DNA of 64,000 nt, taken from positions 416,001-480,000 of the forward strand of contig CAVYGB010000008.1 of assembly GCA_963767925.1 (NCBI GenBank), written 5' to 3'. Source of the DNA: an uncultured delta proteobacterium (lineage in GTDB: Bacteria; Myxococcota_A; Polyangia; Fen-1088). The translations under genes were made by a program, and so were the position numbers. Under the pieces are notes generated by a model. The model had not been told where the DNA came from and did no database searches. It saw nothing but the letters and a program-made list of their open reading frames with translations. Each line of letters opens with the position of its first letter. The first letter of the stretch is position 1. Below, piece by piece: positions 48,485 through 57,878 of this stretch.

Positions 48485-49633
48485 ATGAAGATCGCGCTAC
48501 TGGCAGAGAACTATTTCCCGACGCTCGGGGGCATTCAGGAGCACATCTATCACCTGGCGCGCAACATGATGGCGCGCGGGCACGAGGTGCGGGTGTTGAC
48601 CGGGATGCCCGAGGTGGAGGCCTGGCGGGGCCCCCCCGACGAGCCCTGGGTCCGGCGGGTGGGCCGGGCGCGTCGCTACTCGGTGATGGGCTCGCGCACC
48701 ACCTTCACCTTCGGTCCAGCGGTGGCCTGGCGCCTGCGCAAGGCCCTGCGCGAGGAGAGCTTCGACCTCGTCCACGTGCACGCCCCCTGCGACATGGGGC
48801 TGCCGGCGTTGCTCTATCCGCTGTACCGCGGGCCGGTGGTGGCGACGCTGCACTCGCCGATGAACGACCCCTCGATGTTTCGCTGGCTGGCCTCGCCCTA
48901 TTACCAGTGGGTGTTGCGCCGCTGCTGCGACGCCGTCATCTCCGTCTCCGACGCCGCCCGCACGGCGATGGGGCGCTACGCCCGGTTCGACAGCCGCCTG
49001 GTCCCCAACGGGGTGGACGGGGCGGCCCTCGCGAGCGGCAAGCCGATCCCCCGTTTCCTCGATGGCATGACCAACATCCTCATGCTGGGCCGGCTCGAGC
49101 CGCGCAACGGCCCCGACATCATGCTGGCCGCCTTGCCCTTCATCCTGGCCCGGCGGCCGGACGTCCGGCTGCTGGTGGCGGGCGACGGGAAGAACGGCAT
49201 CGCCGACTACCAGGCGCTGGTCCCGGCCAACCTGCGCGAACGGGTGGTCTTCCTGGGTCCCGTCTACGACGAGCGGCCCGACGTCTACGCCAGCGCCCGG
49301 CTGTGCGTGCTGCCGGCGCGCAGCGGATCCTTCTCCATCATCATGCTGGAGGCCCTGGCGGCGGGCGTGCCCGTGGTGGCCACCCCCTTCGTGGAGGGCT
49401 GGCGGCACGAGCGGCACTGGCAGCCGGCCCGGGTCTCGCCCGACTTCTCCCCGGAGGCGCTGGCCGGCACCGTCCTGCAGGCCCTGGGCGAGGACCCGGG
49501 GGCGCGCATCGCCCAGGGGCGCGAGGTGGTGCGGGCCTTCGACTGGAAGGAGATCAGCCGCCAGGTCGAGATGGTCTACGACGACGTGATCGCCTCGCGC
49601 GCCCGCTACGCCAAGGCGGTGGGCAGCCTCTGA
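48485..49633 (+). CDS. GT4 glycosyltransferase (PimA/PIG-A-like)
   Basis: Motifs YFPTLGGIQEHIYHLA...RGHEV, HVH, PNGVD, GRLEPRNG and LEALAAGVPVV. Confidence 0.85.
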   Translation: MKIALLAENYFPTLGGIQEHIYHLARNMMARGHEVRVLTGMPEVEAWRGPPDEPWVRRVGRARRYSVMGSRTTFTFGPAVAWRLRKALREESFDLVHVHAPCDMGLPALLYPLYRGPVVATLHSPMNDPSMFRWLASPYYQWVLRRCCDAVISVSDAARTAMGRYARFDSRLVPNGVDGAALASGKPIPRFLDGMTNILMLGRLEPRNGPDIMLAALPFILARRPDVRLLVAGDGKNGIADYQALVPANLRERVVFLGPVYDERPDVYASARLCVLPARSGSFSIIMLEALAAGVPVVATPFVEGWRHERHWQPARVSPDFSPEALAGTVLQALGEDPGARIAQGREVVRAFDWKEISRQVEMVYDDVIASRARYAKAVGSL

Positions 49634-49663
49634 GAGGCGACGGTTCGACGGACGGCCCCTGGC

Positions 49664-50743
49664 TCAACCGCGGCGGGTGAGGATCTGGCCGGCGGCGACG
49701 ACGGAGAGCGCGAGGGCGAGCAGGGAGGCATAGGCCAGCACGACCGGCGTGAGGCCGAGCAGGGCCAGCACCAGCCAGGTGAACACGAAGAAGTCCCGGC
49801 GGGCCAGGGTCCCGAGCGCGTTGAACAGGGTCCCGCGGGCCCGGCCCCCGGCCAGCACCCCCTTCAGGCTGGCCCCCCGGGTGAACCACCAGCGGACCTT
49901 GAGCACCTCGCCGCCCTCACCCTGGCGGATGAGCTCCCGGTAGACCACGGCGTTGTAAAACAGGAGCAGGCCTGTGGCGCACAGCCCGATCGCCAGGTAG
50001 GCCGGCCGATCGTGGGCCCGCCAGAGCCCCACCCCGATGGCGGCGGTCAGCACCAGGTTGAGGGCGTCGTCGACAAGGGTGTCGAGCCATTCGCCGATCG
50101 CCGACTGCTGCAGGCGCACGCGCGCCAGCTCGCCGTCGCAGCCATCGAGCACCGACTGCAAGTGGGCCAGCAAGAACCCGAGGGGCATCGCCCAGGCCGA
50201 GCCGGAGGCGATGCAGGCGGCCCCCAGCAGGCCGACCAGGCCCGCGCCCACCGTGACCTGGTTGGGGGTGAAGGGCAGCCGGCACAGCAGGTGGCGGGTG
50301 ATGCGAAAGGAGATCGGTTTGTTCAGGGTGCGCGCGACGATCCCCAGGTCGCCCCGGAGCAGCTCGGCGAAGACCGCGTCCTCGGCGCGCTTCCGGCTGG
50401 CCTCGTCCTCCACCCGGTGGGGCTCGGCGTCCAGGCGGGTTGTGGCGCGGACCACGTCGGCGCCCACCTCGAGGGGGTGGCGGAGCCGGGCGCGCAAGGC
50501 GTCCAGCGCGGCGGCGCCGTCGATCGGCACCACCTCCGGCGCCACCTCGACGGCGGTGGTGGGCGGGGGGACGTCGGGGCCGGCCGCGACGACGACCTCG
50601 AAGCCCAGGCGCTGGAGCTGTTTTATCGATCGATCGATGACGGTGAGGCCCGCCACCTGCAGCGCGGCCCCCGGCGCCTCGGCGGCGGTGGCGCGCACGA
50701 GCGCGAGGGGGCGCGCGGCGGGAGCGTGGGGGGCGGAGGTCAT
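49664..50743 (-). CDS. CDP-alcohol phosphatidyltransferase with an N-terminal degenerate nucleotidyltransferase-like segment
   Basis: TPNQVT and signature LDGCDGELAR-x8-G-x3-D-x3-D. Confidence 0.88.
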   Translation of the reverse strand: MTSAPHAPAARPLALVRATAAEAPGAALQVAGLTVIDRSIKQLQRLGFEVVVAAGPDVPPPTTAVEVAPEVVPIDGAAALDALRARLRHPLEVGADVVRATTRLDAEPHRVEDEASRKRAEDAVFAELLRGDLGIVARTLNKPISFRITRHLLCRLPFTPNQVTVGAGLVGLLGAACIASGSAWAMPLGFLLAHLQSVLDGCDGELARVRLQQSAIGEWLDTLVDDALNLVLTAAIGVGLWRAHDRPAYLAIGLCATGLLLFYNAVVYRELIRQGEGGEVLKVRWWFTRGASLKGVLAGGRARGTLFNALGTLARRDFFVFTWLVLALLGLTPVVLAYASLLALALSVVAAGQILTRRG

Positions 50744-50877
50744 CTCGGGAGGGCGTGTGGTAAGGGGTGCCGGGGGCCACGACCGGTGCTGCCGGCGAGC
50801 ACACCGGCGACGATTCTGGCTTCATTTTCTGGGGCGGTCATCGGTGGCGCAGCCGGCGGGCACTTTATACTCGTCAC

Positions 50878-52461
50878 GTGCGCAAGCTGACGTCGATCGG
50901 CTGGGTGCTCGCCGTGCTCGCGTGCGGTGTTGTGCTGCGGCTGCCCACCTTTGGCCAGCCCCTGCTGTCCGACGACGAGGCGATCTACGCGGCGACGGCG
51001 GATGCCATGTCGAAGGGGGATGTGCTCTATCGCGACGTGGTCGACCACAAGCCGCCGCTTATCTATCACGTCTATCAGGCCGGGTTCGCGCTGTTCGGGG
51101 ACTACGAGACCCACGGGGCGCACCTGTTCGTCGTCCTGGCGGTGCTGGCCACCGCCGGCCTGCTCTGGCGCCTGGCCGCCCGGGGGCCCGCCGGCTTCCT
51201 CGGCGGTGCGGTGGCGGCGCTGCTCTGGCTCGTGTTCTCCACCACCTGGCACGCCTACGACGCGCTGGCGGCGAACTGCGAGCTGTTTCTGCTGGTGCCG
51301 CAGGCGCTGGCCGCTCTCGTGTTGCTGTCGCTGCACGATCGCCCGCGCGAGGGGGTGCGCTGGGGCTCGCACCTGATTGTCGGCTTCCTGATCGGTGTGG
51401 CGGCGCTGTTCAAGTATCAGGCGCTCACCTTCCTCGGTGTGTCCCTGGGCATGCTCCTCTACGGTCTCTTGCTGGGGATGCAGACCCGCCAGCGGGTCGT
51501 GATCGCCATCGTCCTGCAGGTGGCGGGCGCGCTGCTGCCGCCGATCCTCTACCTGGCCTACGCCGCCTTCCAGGGCAGCGCCGCCGACGCGGTCCGCTGG
51601 TTTCGCTTCAACTTCCTCTACGTCGACGCCGGGCTGACCGGCGGCGAGGCCCTGAGCCGAGGGGCCAGGCGCCTGGCCCTGATCGGCGGGGTGGCCCTGG
51701 TCCCCTACGCGCTCGGCCTCGGCGGGGCGGTCACCACCCTGCAGGCGGTGGTGCGGGCCCAGCGGGCGGCAGCCCGGGCGCGGGCGGCCCGGATGGCGCC
51801 GGCGCCCCACGAGGTGCTCGCCGTGCTCTGGCTCGCGACCTCGGCGGTGGCGGTGTGCGCCGGCGGGCGGTTCTTCGGGCACTATTTTCACCTCGTGCTC
51901 CCGCCCCTGTGCCTGCTGGCGGCGGGGCCGTTTCTCCGCCTGTGGCGGGCCTCCCGCACGCTGCGCCGCTGGTTGATCGGGCTGTGCGCGGCGCCGGCCC
52001 TGGTCTTCCTGCTGCTGGCCACGGTGGCGCGGCCGCTCGCCGCCCGCCTGGATCACGCCGATCCGGCCTATGGGCCGGTCGTCGAGCGCATCGTCGCCCT
52101 GTCGCCCGCCCGGGGCCGGGTGTTCGTCTGGGGCAACTCGCCGCAGCTCTACGTGCTGTCCCGGCGGCCGATGGGCACCCGCTTCTCCTTCTGCAACTAC
52201 CTCACCGGCGAGAGCCCGGGCACCCCCACCGAGACCGGCGCCCGCGACGCCAGCGCGAACAGCTACCGGCCGGCCTGGGAGATGCTCTTTGCCGACCTCG
52301 AGGCGCGGCGGCCGCTGCTGTTCGTCGACGCCGCGGCGGCCGGCTGGGACGGGTACGACAAGTTCCCTGTCGATCGTTATCCCGAGCTGGCCCGCTACCG
52401 GGCCGAGCACTACCGCCCGGTCGAGGCCGAGCAGGGCGTGGTCATCTACGTGCGCCGCTGA
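50878..52461 (+). CDS. GT-C (PMT/ArnT-like) membrane glycosyltransferase
   Basis: Motifs SDDEAIY, LYRDVVDHKPP, ANCELF and FGHYF. Many TM segments. Confidence 0.82.
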   Translation: MRKLTSIGWVLAVLACGVVLRLPTFGQPLLSDDEAIYAATADAMSKGDVLYRDVVDHKPPLIYHVYQAGFALFGDYETHGAHLFVVLAVLATAGLLWRLAARGPAGFLGGAVAALLWLVFSTTWHAYDALAANCELFLLVPQALAALVLLSLHDRPREGVRWGSHLIVGFLIGVAALFKYQALTFLGVSLGMLLYGLLLGMQTRQRVVIAIVLQVAGALLPPILYLAYAAFQGSAADAVRWFRFNFLYVDAGLTGGEALSRGARRLALIGGVALVPYALGLGGAVTTLQAVVRAQRAAARARAARMAPAPHEVLAVLWLATSAVAVCAGGRFFGHYFHLVLPPLCLLAAGPFLRLWRASRTLRRWLIGLCAAPALVFLLLATVARPLAARLDHADPAYGPVVERIVALSPARGRVFVWGNSPQLYVLSRRPMGTRFSFCNYLTGESPGTPTETGARDASANSYRPAWEMLFADLEARRPLLFVDAAAAGWDGYDKFPVDRYPELARYRAEHYRPVEAEQGVVIYVRR

Positions 52462-52509
52462 TGTCGCGCGCCTTGCGCGCCGGCTCGCGATCGCGGAGAA
52501 GGTGACCCG

Positions 52510-53541
52510 TTGCCCGTCACCGAGGTCCCTCCGCCGCGCCGGCGCGATCGCCGCCGCTTCGCCCTGCGCGCCGCCCTGGTGATCGCCGGGCTGGGCGCGA
52601 TCTTCCTGTTGCTGCACTACACGGGCTGGCCGGTGATCCTGCGCAGCTTCCGCCAGGTCGGCCTCGGGGTTTTCCTGCTCGTCACCGTGCTGGGATTTTG
52701 CGAGCACCTGGTCGACACCATCGCGTTGCAGGCGGCGATGCTGGGCCGGGTCGACCTGCCGGGGACGCTGATCAGCAACAGCACCGGGGCGCTGGTCAAC
52801 ACCTTCATCCCGCTCGAGGCGGGCGAGGTGGTCAAGGGGGCGCTGCTGCGGCAGCGGTCGAGCCACCCGCAGGTGCTGGCGGGGCTCATCGTCTGGAACT
52901 ACGTCTGGAAGGTGGCCAAGCCCTGCGCCCTGCTCGCGCTGTTCGGGCTGGCGATCGCGCTCGGCAGCGTCTATCCGGAGGACCTGCGGCTGTCGCTGCT
53001 CGGCGGGGTGCTGATCTCCTTCCTGCCGTACCTGATCCTGCGCATGTTGATCCGGCAGCGTCCCGCCGAGCGGCTGACCCGGCTGCTGTCGCGCCTGCCC
53101 CGCTTGCAGCCCTACCTCGGCGGCTGGGTGGAGGGGGCGATCCACCTCGATCAGGGGGTGCGGCACTTCTGGCGCCACCAGCCCGGCGCCTACGTGCGGG
53201 TCTTCCTCCTGATCTTCGCCGGCCGCTTCTTCGGCCTCGCGGCGCTGGCGGTGCTGGCCGGTCCCCTCGGGCTGCCCGCCGACGCCGGCAGCGTCGCCTT
53301 CCTGTACGTGGCGACCATGGTGACCGAATACGTGACGATGGTGCTGCCCGCGCGGCTCGGGGTGACCGAGGGCAGCTCGTTCCTGCTGTTCAAGCTGATG
53401 GGCCTCGACCCGGCGGCCGGCCTGGTGCTCGCGGTCATCATCCGGATCCGGGCGGTGCTGATGCTGGCCCCCACCGGCCTGCTCGGCTGGGTCCGCCTGC
53501 ACGATCGGCCGGCGAGGCGGACGGAGCGGCCGGCCCCATGA
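52510..53541 (+). CDS. UPF0104/lysylphosphatidylglycerol-synthase-TM (flippase-like) protein
   Basis: Motifs NTFIP..AGEVVK and LPARLGVTEG. About eight TM segments. Confidence 0.78.
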   Translation: MPVTEVPPPRRRDRRRFALRAALVIAGLGAIFLLLHYTGWPVILRSFRQVGLGVFLLVTVLGFCEHLVDTIALQAAMLGRVDLPGTLISNSTGALVNTFIPLEAGEVVKGALLRQRSSHPQVLAGLIVWNYVWKVAKPCALLALFGLAIALGSVYPEDLRLSLLGGVLISFLPYLILRMLIRQRPAERLTRLLSRLPRLQPYLGGWVEGAIHLDQGVRHFWRHQPGAYVRVFLLIFAGRFFGLAALAVLAGPLGLPADAGSVAFLYVATMVTEYVTMVLPARLGVTEGSSFLLFKLMGLDPAAGLVLAVIIRIRAVLMLAPTGLLGWVRLHDRPARRTERPAP

Positions 53542-55811
53542 TCGTGTCACCGCCCGCGGCGACCGCACCGGCGACCGCACCGACAATGACGGATCGCCCC
53601 GGCCTCACCCAAACCACTTTCCGCACCTGGGCGGTGCTCGACGCGATCTACGGCCTGCTGATCGGGGCCCTCGCCATCTGGGCGGTGCCCTGGAAGTGGC
53701 CGCCCGCCAACCTGACCCTGCTGGCCTACGCCGGCGCCATCGCCGCCGGCGCCCCCGGGCTGTGGCGAGGCGCCCGCTGGGCCTGGCGGCTGGCCTCGGT
53801 CACCTGCCTGCTCGGGCTGGCGGCGGCGGTGCTCGCCGTCTCCGGGCTCGTCGCCTCCTGGGCGTATCTGCGGGCGGTCTACGGCGCCTTCGGGGCGGGG
53901 GCCTCGATCGCCAGCCTGCTGATCGCCGGGATGGCCTTCCAGCTCCTCGGGCTGTACCCGGCGGTGCGCCTGCGGGCCCTGCTCCGACGCGAGGTGCGGG
54001 CCTCGGTCCGGGCCGGGCGGTCGGTCGCCCTCGTCACGCTGGCGCTGGGGCTCGTGCCGCTGGCGGTGGGCGGGACGGTCCACGCGCGGTTTGCGCTCGA
54101 GCCGCTGCCGCCGCTCCCGGACCCGGCGCTGGCCGGATCGGTTGCGCTGGTGCGGGCCCGGGCGGAGGGCCGCGCGCCCGCGCCTGCCCCTGACCTGGCC
54201 GGCCTGGACCCGGGGCTGGGCCCGCTGCACGTGACGCTCTGGCACGAGGGTGAGCGGGTGGCCCGGGCCCGGGGGACCGGGCGGGATCTGGCGGAGGCCG
54301 CCGAGGCAGCGGGGCGAGCGCTGCAGGCGGCGTTGCAGGCGAGCGGCCGGCCGGCGCAGGGCCAGATCCGGGTCGACCGGGTCGTGGCGCGGGGGCCGGT
54401 GGCGCGAGGCTGGCGGACGGCCTTCTCGCTCGGGCTGGACCCGGGCCTCGACGGGCTGGCGGCCGGTGACCGGCTGGTCTTCCTCCCCGACGACGTCCTG
54501 CGGGCGGCGGTGGCCGGGACGGCGGCACCCCTGGCCCAGCTCGACGAGCTGCGGGCGGGGATCGACGTCGACTGGATGGAGGCGCGCATCGCCGACGCCG
54601 GCGCGCAGGCGCCGCTGCAGCGACTGCGCACCGAGAGCTGGATCGAGGGGCAAGGGGGCGCCGGCGTCAGGCGCCTGCACCGGGGCAACCCGCTGGGCGG
54701 CCCGGCGCTGTCGGCCCGGCGGGCGGCCGTCTGGGCGGGGGACTTCATCTTGCAGCAGCTCGAGTCCGACGGGCGCTTTCGCTACCGCTACCAGCCCTAC
54801 CAGGGCGGCGGCGCCAGCACCGGCGAATACAGCTTGCCCCGCCACGCGGGCACGGCCTACGCCCTGGCCCTGCTGTTCGGTTACACCGGGGAGATCCGGT
54901 TTCGCGAAGGGGCGGAGGCGGCGCTGCACTGGCTGGCCCGCCTGGTCACCGCCCACTGCGGACCCGGCCGGGCCTGCCTGGTGGAAGATGGGCGGGCCCC
55001 GGTGGGCCACGCCGCGCTGGCGGCGATCGCGATGTTCACCTACCAGGCGCAGACGGGCGACCGCCGCTACGCCGCCCTCGCCGGCGAGCTGGTCGCCTTC
55101 CTGCTGGTCATGCAGCGGCCCGACGGCGAGCTCCACCACGTGTACGACGTCACCGACGCTCGGCCGCTCGACGAGCCACCGCGGATGTTCGCCTCCGAGC
55201 AGGCCGCCCTGGCCCTGGTGCTCGCCCACGGGGCGCTCGGTGACGGGCGGTACCTCGCGGCGGCCGAGCGGCTCCTCGATCACCTGACCCTGCGCAAGCA
55301 CGACCACTTCCTGGGGCGATTCGTCTACGGCGCCGACCACTGGACCTGTCTGGCGGCCGACGCGGCGGTGCCCGGGCTGGCCCACCGCCGCTACCTGGAC
55401 TTCTGCCGCGGTTACGCCGCCTTCATGAGCCGCCTGCAATATCCCCGGCAGCCCGGGGCGCCGGCTCGCGACTTCGCCGGTCACTACGGCTTCGGCTACC
55501 TGATGGTTCCGCAGGCGCCGGCCACCGCCGGCTTCGCCGAGGCGCTGCTGGCCACCCTGGCGCTGGCCAACCACCACCGGGTCCCGGCCGAGGATCTGAA
55601 GGACCAGGCGCAGGCGGCGCTGCAGGCGCTGGCCCGCGACCAGCTCCGCCCCGACAACAGTTACCTGACGCGCAGCCCGGCCCGGGCCCTCGGCGGGTTT
55701 CGCCGCTCGCTGGTCGAGCCCGAGATCCGGATCGATTTCGTCCAGCACGCCGCCAGCGCCCTGGCCCGGGGGCCCTCGCTGGGGCTCGAGACGCTCGGGG
55801 CGTCTCCCTAG
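53538..55811 (+). CDS. Membrane protein with an AMMECR1-like middle domain and a C-terminal alpha-helical toroid-like domain
   Basis: ATGA overlap with the upstream stop. About five TM segments, then LHVTLW..G, GRFRYRY, YSLPRHAG and IRIDFVQH. Confidence 0.6.
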   Translation: MIVSPPAATAPATAPTMTDRPGLTQTTFRTWAVLDAIYGLLIGALAIWAVPWKWPPANLTLLAYAGAIAAGAPGLWRGARWAWRLASVTCLLGLAAAVLAVSGLVASWAYLRAVYGAFGAGASIASLLIAGMAFQLLGLYPAVRLRALLRREVRASVRAGRSVALVTLALGLVPLAVGGTVHARFALEPLPPLPDPALAGSVALVRARAEGRAPAPAPDLAGLDPGLGPLHVTLWHEGERVARARGTGRDLAEAAEAAGRALQAALQASGRPAQGQIRVDRVVARGPVARGWRTAFSLGLDPGLDGLAAGDRLVFLPDDVLRAAVAGTAAPLAQLDELRAGIDVDWMEARIADAGAQAPLQRLRTESWIEGQGGAGVRRLHRGNPLGGPALSARRAAVWAGDFILQQLESDGRFRYRYQPYQGGGASTGEYSLPRHAGTAYALALLFGYTGEIRFREGAEAALHWLARLVTAHCGPGRACLVEDGRAPVGHAALAAIAMFTYQAQTGDRRYAALAGELVAFLLVMQRPDGELHHVYDVTDARPLDEPPRMFASEQAALALVLAHGALGDGRYLAAAERLLDHLTLRKHDHFLGRFVYGADHWTCLAADAAVPGLAHRRYLDFCRGYAAFMSRLQYPRQPGAPARDFAGHYGFGYLMVPQAPATAGFAEALLATLALANHHRVPAEDLKDQAQAALQALARDQLRPDNSYLTRSPARALGGFRRSLVEPEIRIDFVQHAASALARGPSLGLETLGASP

Positions 55812-55918
55812 AGCGAGGCCCGCCCGGGACGCCAGAAACCCCGGGATGTGGGGCTCTTCCCGGCGCGGCAGTCGGGTCGCGACTGGACGGCGGGGCGGGG
55901 GGAGGCGAGAATCCTTTC

Positions 55919-56281
55919 ATGGAGCTCGTCGATCTCAATCAGGACGAACGGCTGGCGCTGGTGGCGCTCATCGAGGCGACCGCCCAGGCGGATCGCAAGG
56001 TGTCCGACGAAGAGGAGGGTGTCCTGGAGGAGGTGGTCGAGGCGCTCGGCCCCGACGCCTACCAGCAGGTGGTGGAGCAGGCGGACCAGCAATTTACCGG
56101 CGAGAACGACCTCAAGGTGTTCCTGCGCGGGATCGACCGCCCCGAGGCGCGCGAGATCATCTACGGGACGGTGCTGGAGCTGGCGATGGCCGAGGTTGTC
56201 ACCGGCCACGAGCCGGCGCTGCTGAGCTGGCTCGCCGAGACCTGGCAGCTCGAGTCCTCGATCGCCGCCCCCAGCGACTAG
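55919..56281 (+). CDS. Small acidic TerB-like protein
   Basis: A.AD..VS.EE motif, with a second degenerate copy (AMAEVVTGHE). Confidence 0.6.
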   Translation: MELVDLNQDERLALVALIEATAQADRKVSDEEEGVLEEVVEALGPDAYQQVVEQADQQFTGENDLKVFLRGIDRPEAREIIYGTVLELAMAEVVTGHEPALLSWLAETWQLESSIAAPSD

Positions 56282-56306
56282 ATCCAGAGCGGATGCGGGC
56301 CCGTGC

Positions 56307-57878
56307 TCAGGCGGAGGGCGCCGCGCGGGCCCGGGCCAGGGCGGCGTCGATCCGGTGCAGGCAGGTGGGCTGGCCGATCAGGGACAGCGACTCGTAAAAG
56401 CCGGGGCCGGTGCCCGAGCCGGTCACCGCCACCCGGACCGCGTGGACGATGTCGCCGAGGGCGAGGCCCCGTTCGGCGAGGTAGGCCTGGGTCTCGCGCT
56501 CGAGGGTGGCGCTGTCGAAGGCCGCGCGGCCGGCCAGCCAGGTCCGGTAGTCGGCCAGCCGCTCGGCGGCGCCGGCGGCCAGGATCCGCTTGGCGAAGGC
56601 CTTCTCCTCGTAGGCCACGTCTTGCCCGAAGAAGAACCCGGCCTGCAGCACGATGTCCCCGAACACCTTGAGCCGGTCGCCGAGCACCTCCACGAGCTGG
56701 GCGACCTTGACCTCGACCTCCGGCGTGACGGGGGCCGCGATGAGGCCCGCCCGCTCCAGGAAGGGCAACATGCGGGCGACCTTCTCGGTCGAGGGCAGCT
56801 CCTTCATGTAGTGGGCCTGGAAGGCCACCAGCTTGGTGGGGTCGAAGCTGGCCGGGGCGGGGTTGACCCGCTCGAGGGTGAAGCTCTCGACCATCTGGGC
56901 GCGGGTGAAAAACTCGGTGCGGTCGTCGAGCGACCAGCCCAGCAGCAGCAGGTAGTTGACGATCGCCTCGGGCAGGTAGCCCACCTGCTCGTAGAAGTCG
57001 ACGGTGACCGGGTTGAAGGTCTCGGCCGAGGTGGGCAGGCGGAGGGCGGCGGCGATCGCCATCCCGTGCTGGTGGACCCGGGCGAAGTCGGGGTTCTTGA
57101 GGTAGGCCTCGAGCTTGCGCTTGGACAGCTTGCGCTTGGAGCCCGGCTCGGCCACGTAGGGCAGGTGGGCGTAGCGGGGCATGGGGTAGCCGAGGGCCTG
57201 CACCATGAAGACCTGGCGGGGGGTGTTCGACAGGTGCTCCTCGGCCCGGACGACGTGGGTGATGCCGAAGTCGTTATCATCGACAACGTTGGCCAGGTGG
57301 TAGATGAATGACCCGTCCGTGCGCTGGATGACGTGGTCCGCCTCCTGGACCCACTCGAACTCGACGGTGCCGCGCACCAGGTCGGGCAGGGCCAGGCTGC
57401 CCGCGCGGGGCATCTTCAGCCGCACCACCGCCGCCCGCCCCTCGGCCTCGAAGCGGGCCCGCTGCTCGGGGGTCTCGGCCATGAAGCGGCGGCTGTACTG
57501 GAACTGGACCTTGGCCGCCTCGGCGGTCTTGCGCTCGGCGTCCATCTCGGCGGCGCTGGCGTAGTCCCGATAGGCGTGGCCCTCGGCCAGCAGGCGATCG
57601 ACGGCGGCCTGGTAGCGGGCGCTCCGTTGCGACTGGAAGTAGGGGGCGCAGGGTCCCCCCACCTCGGGGCCCTCGTCCCAGTCGAGCCCCAGCCAGTGAA
57701 AGCCGTGGAGGATGGGGGCCAGGGCCGCCTCGACGTTGCGCTGCTGATCGGTGTCGTCGATGCGCAGGATGTATTTGCCCCCCGCGTGGCGGGCGAACAG
57801 CCAGTTGAACAGCGCCGTGCGCACGCCGCCGATGTGGAGAAAACCGGTCGGGCTGGGGGCGAAGCGGGTGCGGGTCAC
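56307..57878 (-). CDS. gltX: Glutamate--tRNA ligase
   Basis: Motifs RTRFAPSPTGFLHIGG, LRIDDTD, THVVRAEEH and KLSKR. GTGA overlap with the metG stop. Confidence 0.95.
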   Translation of the reverse strand: MTRTRFAPSPTGFLHIGGVRTALFNWLFARHAGGKYILRIDDTDQQRNVEAALAPILHGFHWLGLDWDEGPEVGGPCAPYFQSQRSARYQAAVDRLLAEGHAYRDYASAAEMDAERKTAEAAKVQFQYSRRFMAETPEQRARFEAEGRAAVVRLKMPRAGSLALPDLVRGTVEFEWVQEADHVIQRTDGSFIYHLANVVDDNDFGITHVVRAEEHLSNTPRQVFMVQALGYPMPRYAHLPYVAEPGSKRKLSKRKLEAYLKNPDFARVHQHGMAIAAALRLPTSAETFNPVTVDFYEQVGYLPEAIVNYLLLLGWSLDDRTEFFTRAQMVESFTLERVNPAPASFDPTKLVAFQAHYMKELPSTEKVARMLPFLERAGLIAAPVTPEVEVKVAQLVEVLGDRLKVFGDIVLQAGFFFGQDVAYEEKAFAKRILAAGAAERLADYRTWLAGRAAFDSATLERETQAYLAERGLALGDIVHAVRVAVTGSGTGPGFYESLSLIGQPTCLHRIDAALARARAAPSA

